DNA from: Candidatus Multivorans sp.
GTDB taxonomy: Bacteria > Acidobacteriota > Thermoanaerobaculia > Multivoradales > Multivoraceae
Length of the DNA: 64,000 nucleotides
NCBI GenBank assembly: GCA_965224025.1
Contig: OZ245033.1
Coordinates: forward strand, 2,944,001-3,008,000
Direction: 5' to 3'
Translations under genes and position numbers: made by a program
In this document: piece after piece, positions 10,241 through 20,119 of the stretch
How positions within the stretch are numbered: position 1 is the first letter of the stretch
How the letters are laid out: the number at the start of each line of letters is the position of its first letter
The notes under the pieces: model-generated
The model's input: the letters and a program-made list of their open reading frames with translations, nothing else
Databases searched by the model: none
What the model was told of the DNA's origin: nothing

Positions 10241-10542
10241 CGAAGCACGTCATCTTCACCGACGGACGGAAGCTGCTGGTCATCCGTGGACACCCTCGAG
10301 AAACGGCGCCACCGATCGAGGAGTTCGAGAGGATCGCTAGTTCCCTGGATTCGAATGTGCTGAGCACGATCGAAGTCGAGGGACAGACCAGGTACCTGAC
10401 CCGAGGCGAGACGATCTCGGCGATGCTGTGGCACTGCAACCGGCACCTGTACGTGACGTACTTCGAGCATCCGCCGGGAGCATCGCTGCCGTCGATGTTC
10501 GACACCCTGGCGGGTGTCAGTTGCGCTGTTCCTAGAAGGTGA
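10156..10542 (+). CDS. Hypothetical protein, probably the true C-terminus of the preceding gene
   Basis: One extra G in GGG 10135-10137 joins the frames (..LSFLGLRASLDMPLAEIEY..); no clear SD. Confidence 0.5.
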   Translation: MPLAEIEYAYEYTTRGEDPTSLRLALELTKHVIFTDGRKLLVIRGHPRETAPPIEEFERIASSLDSNVLSTIEVEGQTRYLTRGETISAMLWHCNRHLYVTYFEHPPGASLPSMFDTLAGVSCAVPRR

Positions 10543-13321
10543 ACCCGACGTTGAACCGGTACTCGGACGGCCTCTGGTAGGCAATGTCGCCGCCGCCCCT
10601 TCCCGTGGGCAGGCCCGACACGGGATTGACGAACAACTGGGCGTCGTCGTTCAGCGCGTTGGCAAGTTCCGCGCCTACCTTGATCTCGTACTTGCCCTTG
10701 ATCGGCGGGAAGATCCAGCTCGCGTTGAGGTTGAGCTCCGTCGCGGTATCGAGCTGTCGGGAGCCTTGGGGATCGAGAAACTCCACGACTCTTTCCCTCT
10801 GGCCCGTCAGCGGGTGGGTTACGAAGACGTTCCGTTGGCTCTCCCATAGACGTCCCGTCCGAAAGCGGTAGTGGGCGCCCGTGGTCAGCGTGTGTTCGCC
10901 GATCGACCAGCGCTTGGCAGCGAGGACATTGAAGATCTCCGGGAACTCCGAGTTGTTGCCGATAGGACGGTTCCCTCTGTTGCGGGAGTTCACATCGCTA
11001 CTCCCGTCGGAGCCGAGGCCGCCGATGGCTTCGATGGCATCTTCGAAATCCTCGGTGCCTCTTGCCTCGCCCACGTACAGGTTGGCGCGCAGCGTCCAGT
11101 TGTTCCGGAAGTTGCGGTTGAGCTCGAGGATGATGCCCTCGTGCTCGCGAGTCAGGCCCAGGCGCGAAGGGACTCCGTGCAAGGCCGACAGCCTGTTGAC
11201 CTCGGCCTGGGTCCAGTTGGCGAGGGCGAAGCCCCGTCTTCCGTTTTCGTCGAACTGGATGCTCGTATCCCAGATGTTGTCGTTCTCGCTCACGGTGTAC
11301 ATGGCCTTGGCGACCCAGTTCCGGTTGAACTGCCAGTCGACACCGAGCGTGTACGCGTCGGAGTACTCGGGTTCCAGGTTTCTCGTTGCCTCCCTGCCGG
11401 CGCTGGCCACGATGGAGCTGCCCAGGATGTCGTAGTCCTGGGTCAGGGGATTCCAATCGAACACCATGCGCGTGTTCGTGCCGTTCGAGCCCTGGTCGAA
11501 GTTCTGCGTGAGACTCATGTTGAAGAGATTGAGATAACGCCCGGCCGTACCGCGGACCAGCAGCCTGCCGTCGCCATTGACGTCGTAGACGACACTCAAC
11601 CTGGGCGCCAGCTCGTCGTAGTCGTTGACCTGTTCCCCGGCGTTGTTCTCCATCGACTGGCCCTCGAGCCGCAGGCCCGCGGTAAGAACCCACTTGTCTC
11701 CGATGTCGATGCGGTCCTGGATGAAGAGGGTGTTCAACTCGCTCTCCCGGCGGAACAGGCCTCCATCCGGCGGCGCATAGACCGTAAAGGTCTCGGGAGT
11801 CGCGAAACCGCCGGGGAGGTCGTAGCCGAAACCGCGACCGCTGTACTCCTTCTCGGGCCAGTTGCGCGTATCGAGGCCCATGACGTGGCGCTCGGCGCCG
11901 AGCCTGAGCTCGTGGTTGTCGCCCGCGAAGATCGTCGCATAGGCGTTGATCTGCCGGCGGGGACCGTCCGTAAACCGGCCGGACAAGCCGCCAACGGTGC
12001 AACCGTTGTAGAAGAGGCGGCGGTCGAGGTCGTAGTAGCGGAAGTTGTTGCTACTCGGGGTGTTCGGGTTCCCGCCGGAGAGACTCCCCTTGCGATTGAG
12101 GCAGTTGTCGATGCGAATGTCCTCGCTGTCGCCAACCTTGAGTTCCGTGAAGACCTTCGGGGTGGCGGCCCAGTTCCACAACGCCGTGTTCAACTCGGCC
12201 GTCTCCTGGCGCCCGTTGAGGGTGAAGAGGTCCCCCGTCCGGTTGCCCCCGCCCTCGCGGTAGCCCGGGGTGCGCACATAGGTCGCGGCGAGCTGATGGT
12301 CGTCGCCAGGCTGGAAGTTGACCTTGGCGACCGTCGAACTCCCCTTGTAGCTCCAGTCGAAGACCGGATCCGCGATGACGTCCGGGTTGGAGTTGGTGCT
12401 GGCGCCCCGGATCCTGTTGTCGGACAGTTCGGCGTGGGCCGCGAAGAACCAGGCACGATCACGGTAGATCGGGCCGCCGAGAGCGGTCTCGTAGTTGTTG
12501 ATGATCTTGTCGGGACCCTCAAGATCGGGGTAGTCCCGGAATTCGCCGACCCACGCCTGGTTCTGAGCGACGTAGTGGAAGTCGCCATGGAACACATTGG
12601 TGCCCGACTTGACCACCGTGTTGATCGTTGCCGTCTGGGTGCGCCCGTACTCGGCGCCGCGGCCCTGGGTATGAACCTCCGTCGCGGCAACCTGCGTGGT
12701 CGCCATCCTGAACTTGAACACTCCGTAGTTGCCCGTGACCTGGCTGACATCGACGCCGTCGATGTTCACCGTGCCTCCGTCTCGGGGGCCGCCCATGAAG
12801 CTGTTGAGCCAATCCTGCTGCTTGGAGCCGGAATTGGCCGGCAGAACCGCCAGGCTGTTGACGTGGTGACGGGTGATGAAGGTCGTCAACTCCGCGGTTT
12901 CGGCGTCGATCCTCGCCGTCGCCCCGGGCTCGTACTTGTTGATCATGGGCGCTTCCGCGACGACCTGGATCTCCTCGGCTTCGCCTCCCCGCAAAGTGAG
13001 GTCGACGGCGCGGCGCTCACCCGGATCGAGAGTGACCGCGACCTGGTCGCTGGAGCCCAGGCCTTCGAGCTCGGCGCTGACCGTAAAGAGTCCGTCGAGC
13101 AGCAGACTGAAGCGAAACTCCCCGGCCGCGTCGCTGATCGCGTCCTTGGTGTTCTGCTGTCCGACGAGTTCCACACTGGCGCCCGGCAGTGGGTCTCCTT
13201 GGGCGTCGAGCACGCGGCCTTCGATGATTCCGGTCCCCGGACCGTCGGCCCACAGCGGCAAGGCCGCGCAGGCGACGATGGGGAGCATCCAGATGCTGCG
13301 CTTGAGGACGGCGATCTTCAT
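10532..13321 (-). CDS. TonB-dependent receptor with N-terminal carboxypeptidase-regulatory-like domain (Oar-like)
   Basis: Signal peptide, IEGRVLDAQGDPLPGASV, AEYGR, VKSGTNVFHG, LGGPIYRDRAWFF, terminal Phe; GGAGG SD. Confidence 0.9.
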   Translation of the reverse strand: MKIAVLKRSIWMLPIVACAALPLWADGPGTGIIEGRVLDAQGDPLPGASVELVGQQNTKDAISDAAGEFRFSLLLDGLFTVSAELEGLGSSDQVAVTLDPGERRAVDLTLRGGEAEEIQVVAEAPMINKYEPGATARIDAETAELTTFITRHHVNSLAVLPANSGSKQQDWLNSFMGGPRDGGTVNIDGVDVSQVTGNYGVFKFRMATTQVAATEVHTQGRGAEYGRTQTATINTVVKSGTNVFHGDFHYVAQNQAWVGEFRDYPDLEGPDKIINNYETALGGPIYRDRAWFFAAHAELSDNRIRGASTNSNPDVIADPVFDWSYKGSSTVAKVNFQPGDDHQLAATYVRTPGYREGGGNRTGDLFTLNGRQETAELNTALWNWAATPKVFTELKVGDSEDIRIDNCLNRKGSLSGGNPNTPSSNNFRYYDLDRRLFYNGCTVGGLSGRFTDGPRRQINAYATIFAGDNHELRLGAERHVMGLDTRNWPEKEYSGRGFGYDLPGGFATPETFTVYAPPDGGLFRRESELNTLFIQDRIDIGDKWVLTAGLRLEGQSMENNAGEQVNDYDELAPRLSVVYDVNGDGRLLVRGTAGRYLNLFNMSLTQNFDQGSNGTNTRMVFDWNPLTQDYDILGSSIVASAGREATRNLEPEYSDAYTLGVDWQFNRNWVAKAMYTVSENDNIWDTSIQFDENGRRGFALANWTQAEVNRLSALHGVPSRLGLTREHEGIILELNRNFRNNWTLRANLYVGEARGTEDFEDAIEAIGGLGSDGSSDVNSRNRGNRPIGNNSEFPEIFNVLAAKRWSIGEHTLTTGAHYRFRTGRLWESQRNVFVTHPLTGQRERVVEFLDPQGSRQLDTATELNLNASWIFPPIKGKYEIKVGAELANALNDDAQLFVNPVSGLPTGRGGGDIAYQRPSEYRFNVGFTF

Positions 13322-13561
13322 AGCTCCACCTCCATGAGTGTCCGACCCCGGGGTGGGAAGGGTCTAGCCCTCTTTGAAGGCCGGCTCAGCCCTGGTTTCC
13401 GCCATCATTAGCAGATGGTTGGTCGGGCGGCCGGCCGTTCGTCCTCGGGGCGGCTCCAACGTGGTTGGAAAGTTCTTCCGAGTGTAGCGGACGAATTGCG
13501 CCGCGTCTATCACCGATTTGACGTGCTCGCTGTAAATCGGGCTAACATCGTTGGTCCCACG

Positions 13562-15667
13562 ATGCAGGCTTCCATTCGCCTCGCGCTGCGCCTCGTCTTC
13601 GTCTGTGGGTTCGCGTCCGCCTCCGGCTCGGCGCAGCCGGGCGCGACCGGCGGCGACTGGCGCACCTACGCCGGCGACACCTGGGCGAGCAAGTACTCGT
13701 CCCTGGACGAGATCGACGCCGACAACTTCGGCGACCTGGAGATTGCCTGGCGCTGGAAGACGGCGGACACGCATCTTGTCGTGGCGGGCGATGGCGGCGC
13801 GTCGCTCGTGCCGTCGCAGGTCGTGTTCGACCGGGTGGCGGAGCAGCAGCCCGACCTGTGGCTGCGCGGTCCGGGGATCGGCGCGATGTCCTCGACGCCG
13901 CTCGCGGTCGACGGTGTGCTCTATCTGACCACGAGCGTCGAGCAGGCTGCGGCGATCGACGCGGGCACCGGCGAGACGCTCTGGGTTCATGACCCGCGCA
14001 CCTATGAAAGCTCCGCGCTTCCGACCAGCAGAGGCCATCGGGGGGCGGCGTACTGGGAAGGCGACGGCGAGGCCCGGATCGTCTGGGGAACCGGCGCCGG
14101 CTACCTGATCGCGGTCGACGCCAGGACCGGCGTACCGGCCGCGGAGTTCGGAGACAACGGACGGGTCGACTTCATCGCCGACCTGCCGCGCTCGCCCCGC
14201 GGGCAGCCCTTCCAGTTGCCGGTCGGCTCGCGGTCGGCGGCGCCGCTCATCGTCGGCGACGCGATCGTCGTCGGAACCAACCACACCGACTTCACCATTG
14301 CGAAGGAGGGGCCGCCCGGCTTCATCTTCGCCCACGACGTGCGCACCGGAGAGCGGCTGTGGGAGTTCCACATCGTGCCGCAGAGCGCCGACGAGTTCGG
14401 CGCCGACACCTGGGAAGACGAATCGTGGCGCTACACCGGCAACGGCAACGCCTGGGGCAATCTGAGCGCCGACCCGGAACTCGGCTACGTCTACGTGCCG
14501 ACCTCCGCGGTGGCCCCGGACCACTACGGCGGCCATCGCCCGGGCGACAATCTGTTCGCCAACAGCATCGTCTGTCTCGACGTCGAGACGGGGGCGCGCG
14601 TGTGGCACTACCAGCTCATCCATCACGAGGTCTGGGACTACGACAGCCCGACGGCGCCGAATCTGCTCGACATCACCGTCGATGGACGTCGTGTGAAGGC
14701 TGTAGCGCAGGTCACCAAGCAGGGGTTCGTCTACACCTTCGACCGGGTGACCGGCGAGCCGGTCTGGCCGATCGAGGAGCGCCCGGTGCCGACCGACACC
14801 GACCTGGAAGGGGAGGTCATGTCTCCCACCCAGCCGTTCCCGACCAGGCCGCCGCCGTTCGCGGTGCAGGGCGCCCGGATCGAGGACCTGGCGGACTTCA
14901 CGCCCGAGATCCGGCAGATGGCGCTCGAGGCCGTCGGCGAGTTCAGGCTCGGCCCGCTCTACACGCCGCTGTCGCTGCGCGGCACGGTCTTCCGACCGGC
15001 GGCGGGGGGCGGCGCCAACTGGTCGGGCGCCGCCGTCGATCCCGAAACCGGCGTGCTGTACGTCCCGTCCACCAATGGCCACTCGGTGATCCGCTTCCGC
15101 GACGGAGGGCCCAGCACCGACTTGCGCTACCTCGCCGACCGCACCGATCCCGTCGGCGGGATCATGCGCGGCCGCTCGACTCCCTGGGGACCGTTCGAGA
15201 CTGTCGCTCGGGGCGCCTCGTTTCTCGACGGAGGCAACCCGACCCGGCAGCCGGCGATGCCGCGGGGGCTGCCGCTGTGGAAGCCGCCCTCCTCGGCGAT
15301 GGTCGCCATCGACATGAGTCGGGGCGAGCATCTGTGGACGACCCCGCTCGGCAGGGGCGCCCGGTACCAGGACCACCCTCTGCTGCGCGATCTCGATCTG
15401 CCGCCGTTGGGTGGCGATCACAGCCGGGCCGGTTCGCTGCTGACGAGGACGTTGCTGATCCACGCGCTGAGCGGTGGGACCGACGACGGTCCGCAATTGG
15501 TGGCCTACGACAAGGACACCGGTGAGGAGCTGGCGGGGGTCGATCTGCCCGGCCGCGGTCTCGGTTCGCCGATGACCTACCTGCTCGACGGACGGCAGTA
15601 CGTCGCACTCACGGTCAGCGGCAGGGTGCCCGAGTTGATCGCCTACCGGCTGTCGGAGAGTCGATGA
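13562..15667 (+). CDS. PQQ-binding beta-propeller dehydrogenase (glucose/quinate DH-like, no TM domain)
   Basis: DWRTYAGD..YSSLDEID, TPLAVDGVLY, YGGHRPGDNLF, HHEVWDYD, SPTQPFPT, PMTYLLDGRQY; start at ATG 13562. Confidence 0.9.
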   Translation: MQASIRLALRLVFVCGFASASGSAQPGATGGDWRTYAGDTWASKYSSLDEIDADNFGDLEIAWRWKTADTHLVVAGDGGASLVPSQVVFDRVAEQQPDLWLRGPGIGAMSSTPLAVDGVLYLTTSVEQAAAIDAGTGETLWVHDPRTYESSALPTSRGHRGAAYWEGDGEARIVWGTGAGYLIAVDARTGVPAAEFGDNGRVDFIADLPRSPRGQPFQLPVGSRSAAPLIVGDAIVVGTNHTDFTIAKEGPPGFIFAHDVRTGERLWEFHIVPQSADEFGADTWEDESWRYTGNGNAWGNLSADPELGYVYVPTSAVAPDHYGGHRPGDNLFANSIVCLDVETGARVWHYQLIHHEVWDYDSPTAPNLLDITVDGRRVKAVAQVTKQGFVYTFDRVTGEPVWPIEERPVPTDTDLEGEVMSPTQPFPTRPPPFAVQGARIEDLADFTPEIRQMALEAVGEFRLGPLYTPLSLRGTVFRPAAGGGANWSGAAVDPETGVLYVPSTNGHSVIRFRDGGPSTDLRYLADRTDPVGGIMRGRSTPWGPFETVARGASFLDGGNPTRQPAMPRGLPLWKPPSSAMVAIDMSRGEHLWTTPLGRGARYQDHPLLRDLDLPPLGGDHSRAGSLLTRTLLIHALSGGTDDGPQLVAYDKDTGEELAGVDLPGRGLGSPMTYLLDGRQYVALTVSGRVPELIAYRLSESR

Positions 15668-15729
15668 TGATGACGCGGTGCTCACGGAGCGTTCGTCGAC
15701 GCCGCGGCGTTCGGCTACGCCGCGGAGGC

Positions 15730-18264
15730 ATGACTGCGGGCACCCTGGCGCTCGTCGCGGTGCTCTGCCTCCTTCCCGGTGCGGCTCCCGCGCGTTCGCT
15801 CGAGGCCGACGTCGAGCGTCTACTGGAGGTTTCGTGCCTTCGCTGTCACGACGTCGAGACCGAGACGCCGCTCGATCTCGAGAACCTCGACTACGACCTG
15901 GAGGATCGAGGGACCTTCCGGAAGTGGGTGCGGGTCTTCGAGCGTCTCGAGGCGGGCGAGATGCCTCCGCGCGGGACGAGGCGACCCCCGAGGCCGGTCG
16001 TCGAAGCGGCGCTCGGCGCGCTGGAGAGAGATCTGGAGACGGCGGACGTGGCGGCTCGCGCCTCCGAGCAGGCAGCGCCGCGCCGTCTGACGGGGCTCGA
16101 GTACGAGTACACCGTCGAGGATCTGCTCCTGATCGAGGAGACCCTGGCGCGCCTGCTGCCGGCCGAGAGCGCATCCGCCGGGTTCGACACGCTGGCGGCC
16201 GAGCAGGGGATCTCGGCGCTTCACCTGCGCAGCTACCTCGAGGCGGCCGATCGTGCGCTCGATGCGGCGATCCGGCTGGGCGGGCGTCCGGCGAGCGCGG
16301 CGTACCTGATCGACTACCCGAATCGCCCGTCGTCGTACCGCATGGTCCGCCAGAGCGTCAGCAAGAAGCTCGACGATGCCGTCGCGATGTTCGTCGATGA
16401 AGACCATCACAACACCAGCGGGTCCTTCTCGGCCAGAAACCTGAGGAGCGACAGCCACGGCTTCTCGGCCGCGCATCCGGGGCTGTACAGGCTGACCGTT
16501 GACGCCTATCCCTACCAGGCATCGACGCCGGTGACGCTCCTTCTCGTTCGTGCCAACCCGGACGGCGACAGGAAGTTGCTGGGCGCCTTCGACCTGGTGA
16601 ACGGGGAGTCCGGCACCTTCGAAGTTGTGACCTTCCTCCACCCGACCGACTACGTCTTTCCCGAAGTGGCCGACCTCGACTGGCACACGGAGGTCGAGGG
16701 CTTCTACGCGCCCGTCGAAGACTGGTCGGCAGCGGCCCAGGTCGTGGCTGCGGGGAAGGGCCTGGGCCGGCGGCTGCTCAACAACCGGCTCTATCATCCG
16801 ATCTTCTACCACCCCACCGAGATCCTTGTGGACGGGGCCGCCACCTACAAGGGCGAGGGCGTGGCGGTCAAGTCGCTCGCAATCGTTGGACCGCTCCTCG
16901 ATGCGTGGCCGCCGCCGTCGACGCGCCGGCTCTTCGACGGCATCGAGTTCGACTCGGCCGGCGATCTGAAGCTCACGAAGGATCCGTACGAGCACGTCGT
17001 GGATTTCGTCTCGCACTTCGTGCCGCTGGCGTTTCGACGGCCGGCCGAAGCGGGTGAGGTGGATGCGTTCGCGAGCCTGGCGAAGCCCGCGATCGCCGCC
17101 GGACGGGAGTTCGTCGACGCCGTCCGACTTCCGCTGCGCGCTGTCCTGAGCGCGCCGCAGTTTCTCTACCACGACGACCGGCCGGGCGAGCTGGACGACT
17201 TCGCGCTGGCGACCCGCCTTTCGTACTTCCTGTGGAAGAGCCTGCCGGACGAGGAACTTCTCGCGTCGGCACGGGAAGGCACGCTGTCGGAGCCGGAGGT
17301 GCTGGCCCGGCAGGTCGAGAGAATGCTCGATGACGACAAGGCGCAGCGCTTTGTCGCGGACTTCGTGGGTCAGTGGCTACGGCTTTACGAGATCGAGCTC
17401 ACGAGTCCCGACGAGCGGCTCTATCCCGAGTACGACGACCTGCTGCATCACGCACTCCAGGAGGAAACCAGGCTCTTCTTCGCCGAGCTCGTGAAGAGCG
17501 ACCTCGGAGTCCGGAACCTGATCGACTCCGACTTCACCTTTCTCAATCGCCGCCTGGCGGAGCACTACGGCATCCCCGGGGTCGAGGGGCAGCACATGCG
17601 CAAGGTGTCGCTGCCCGACGACAGTTTGCGCGGCGGCGTCCTGACGCAGGCCAGCGTGCTCAAGGTGACCGCCAACGGCACGACGACGTCGCCGGTCTTC
17701 CGGGGCAGCTTCGTCCTCTCGAACCTGCTCGGCCGGCCGCCGAATCCGCCGCCGGCGAACGCCGGTTCGGTCGAGCCCGACATCCGGGGTGCCACGACGA
17801 TCCGCGAGATCCTCGCCAAACATCGCCGGGATCCGACGTGCAACGTCTGTCACCGGGCCATCGACCCGCCGGGCTTCGCCCTGGAGGCCTTCGATCCCAC
17901 CGGCGGCTACCGGACGCGCTACCGCTCCAGCGGCGAAGGCGAACTGCCCACGGGGACCCTTCACGGTCGCCCGATTCTCGAGTACAAGGACGGACCGCCC
18001 GTGGATGCGGGTGGCGTCACCCCGGACGGAAGGCCCTTCTCGGGCATCGCCGAGTACAAGCGCCTCCTGCTCGCTGAAGAGGACCAAGTGGCTCGCCACT
18101 TCATCTCCCAGCTCGTCGTCTATGCGACCGGCACGGAGATCGGCTTTGCGGACCGCGACGAGCTGTCGCGGCTCGTCGCGCAGAGCCGCGAGGGCGGTTA
18201 TGGCGTGCGCACGATCATCCACAACGTCACCCAAAGCCCACTCTTCAGGGAGCGGCAACGATGA
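15730..18264 (+). CDS. DUF1592/DUF1588/DUF1587-type planctomycete cytochrome c-like protein
   Basis: CLRCH and CNVCH, GEMPP, RRLTGLEY, LATRLSYFLWKSLPD, TSPVFRG, IDPPGFALE; GGAGG before ATG 15730 (ATG 15664 is an alternative). Confidence 0.88.
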   Translation: MTAGTLALVAVLCLLPGAAPARSLEADVERLLEVSCLRCHDVETETPLDLENLDYDLEDRGTFRKWVRVFERLEAGEMPPRGTRRPPRPVVEAALGALERDLETADVAARASEQAAPRRLTGLEYEYTVEDLLLIEETLARLLPAESASAGFDTLAAEQGISALHLRSYLEAADRALDAAIRLGGRPASAAYLIDYPNRPSSYRMVRQSVSKKLDDAVAMFVDEDHHNTSGSFSARNLRSDSHGFSAAHPGLYRLTVDAYPYQASTPVTLLLVRANPDGDRKLLGAFDLVNGESGTFEVVTFLHPTDYVFPEVADLDWHTEVEGFYAPVEDWSAAAQVVAAGKGLGRRLLNNRLYHPIFYHPTEILVDGAATYKGEGVAVKSLAIVGPLLDAWPPPSTRRLFDGIEFDSAGDLKLTKDPYEHVVDFVSHFVPLAFRRPAEAGEVDAFASLAKPAIAAGREFVDAVRLPLRAVLSAPQFLYHDDRPGELDDFALATRLSYFLWKSLPDEELLASAREGTLSEPEVLARQVERMLDDDKAQRFVADFVGQWLRLYEIELTSPDERLYPEYDDLLHHALQEETRLFFAELVKSDLGVRNLIDSDFTFLNRRLAEHYGIPGVEGQHMRKVSLPDDSLRGGVLTQASVLKVTANGTTTSPVFRGSFVLSNLLGRPPNPPPANAGSVEPDIRGATTIREILAKHRRDPTCNVCHRAIDPPGFALEAFDPTGGYRTRYRSSGEGELPTGTLHGRPILEYKDGPPVDAGGVTPDGRPFSGIAEYKRLLLAEEDQVARHFISQLVVYATGTEIGFADRDELSRLVAQSREGGYGVRTIIHNVTQSPLFRERQR

Positions 18265-19544
18265 ACCGACCCCTCGACCGACGCACCTTCCTCAGGACCT
18301 CCGGGGTCGCCTTGGCGCTGCCTCTCCTCGAAGCGATGAGCCCGGCCCTGGCCCGAGCGGCGATCCCGGCGCCCCGGCGGATGGTGACCGTCTGCAACGC
18401 ACTCGGCCTGCACCCGCCGTCGCTCTTTCCGGCCACACCGGGTCGGGACTACGAGACGACCGAGTACCTGGAGCTGCTTCAGGACCACCGGCGCGACTAC
18501 ACCCTGTTTTCGGGGCTCTCCCACCACGACCAGAACGGCCGCCAGGCCCACAGTAGCGAGGTCTCCTGGTTGACCGCGGCCCGCCACCCGGAGCTCGCCG
18601 GTTTTCGCAACACGATCTCCGTCGACCAGGTTGCCGCCGGGGAGCTCGGCTACGTGACTCGCTTTCCCTCACTCGTGCTGGGTACCGACACCACGGTTCA
18701 GCGCAGCGCCAAGGGCACGCAGAGCCAATCCTTCACGAGGCGGGGCGTCATGGTGCCCTCAGAAACCAGTCCCGCCAACCTCTTCGCCCGGATGTTCCTC
18801 ACGGGGGATGCCGACGAGGTCGAGCGGCAGAAACGGGATCTCGGCGACGGAAGCAGCATCCTCGACGGCCTGAGCTCGCAGCGAAAGACGCTCGACCGGC
18901 GCGCCAGCGCCGTCGATCGGGGTCGGCTGGACTCGTACTTCGAGGCCGTGCGCGCGGCCGAGAAGGGCATCACCGAGGCCCGGGCCTGGCTCGACCGGCC
19001 CAAGCCGCGGGTGGACCGCGAGCCTCCCGTCGATGTCCGGGAACGCCGCGACCTCATTGGTCGCGTCCAGTTGCTGATGGACCTCATTCCGCTGATTCTG
19101 CAGACCGATTCGACCCGCGTCGTCGCCGTGATGATCCAGGAGCTGCGGGAAGTACCGAAGATTCCGGGTGTCTCGGGGACGCATCACAACCTCTCGCACC
19201 ACGGTCAGGATCCGGACAAGATCGCGCAACTGCGGAAGGTCGAGAGGGAGATCGTCAAGTGCTTCGGCAGCCTTCTCGAACAGCTCAAGGGCGCCAGCGA
19301 GGGAGACGGCACGCTGCTCGACCTGACCGCGGTCCTCTTCGGCAGCAACCTCGGCAACGGGAACTCTCACGACACCCGCAACCTGCCGATCTTCCTCGCC
19401 GGCGGCGGCTTCGAGCACGGTCGCTACGTCGCTTTCGACAACGACGACAACGCGCCGCTCTCCAACCTTTACGTCTCCATGCTGAATCACATGGAGCTGG
19501 AAAGCGCGTCGTTCGGCCAGAGCACCGGCGAGCTGAGCTGGTAG
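18261..19544 (+). CDS. DUF1552 family protein with Tat-like signal
   Basis: DRRTFLR..LALPLLEAM, ISVDQVAA, HHNLSHH, NSHDTRNLP; usual partner of DUF1592. Confidence 0.88.
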   Translation: MNRPLDRRTFLRTSGVALALPLLEAMSPALARAAIPAPRRMVTVCNALGLHPPSLFPATPGRDYETTEYLELLQDHRRDYTLFSGLSHHDQNGRQAHSSEVSWLTAARHPELAGFRNTISVDQVAAGELGYVTRFPSLVLGTDTTVQRSAKGTQSQSFTRRGVMVPSETSPANLFARMFLTGDADEVERQKRDLGDGSSILDGLSSQRKTLDRRASAVDRGRLDSYFEAVRAAEKGITEARAWLDRPKPRVDREPPVDVRERRDLIGRVQLLMDLIPLILQTDSTRVVAVMIQELREVPKIPGVSGTHHNLSHHGQDPDKIAQLRKVEREIVKCFGSLLEQLKGASEGDGTLLDLTAVLFGSNLGNGNSHDTRNLPIFLAGGGFEHGRYVAFDNDDNAPLSNLYVSMLNHMELESASFGQSTGELSW

Positions 19545-19557
19545 GACGCTGGGAGTA

Positions 19558-20113
19558 AGGGTCGCCGGCCTGCGGCCGGCGGCAGTCTTTCTTCGGGCTT
19601 CGCCGCTCCGCGGCTTCGCCCGTGAGCGGACCAGAAGGTCCGCGCACCCAGAGATACACCCCGGTGCGGCGGAGTTCTCTACATGCGGGTGACCTGGCGC
19701 CGCTGCAAGCGTTACCAACTGCAGCAGGGCATCCCGCGGAACCCCACGCACGTTCTCTGGGTGCGCGGACCTTCTGGTCCGCTGCCGCCGGAGGCGGCCA
19801 AGTAAACGCGCCGCGAAGCGGCGACAAAGGTCGCCGGCCTTTGGCCGGCGGCTGCTTTCTTCGGGCTTCGCCGCTTTGCGGCTTCGCCCATGAGCGGACC
19901 AGAAGGTCCGCGCACACAGAGATACACCCCGGTGCGGCGGAGTTCTCTACATGCGGATGACATGACGCCGCTGTGGGCCCAGCCCAACTGCAGCAGGGCA
20001 TCCCGCGGAACCCCACGCCCGTTCTCTGGGTGCGCGGACCTTCCGGTCCGCTGCCGCCGCAGGCGGCCAGGTAACGCGCCGCGAAGCGGCGACAAAGGTC
20101 GCCGGCCTTTGGC
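19558..20113. repeat. Tandem 268-bp units, each holding a REP-ended element of about 160 bp (19625-19783, 19893-20052)
   Basis: 30-bp terminal inverted repeats AGCGGACCAGAAGGTCCGCGCACCCAGAGA (perfect in copy 1) around a conserved interior; lies between convergent genes. Confidence 0.9.
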
Positions 20114-20119
20114 TGACCC

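Noticed and set aside
13322-13560. Cobalamin or TPP riboswitch ahead of the TonB receptor
   Set aside because: Small hairpins only; conserved core motifs not found by eye (an Rfam scan would settle it)
10871-16174. Long antisense ORFs (10871-13411, 13364-16174 and similar elsewhere)
   Set aside because: Shadows of real genes in high-GC DNA; Arg/Pro/Gly-rich and without motifs
19558-20113. CRISPR array
   Set aside because: Units are 268 bp with conserved interiors, not short repeats with unique spacers; no cas genes in the window
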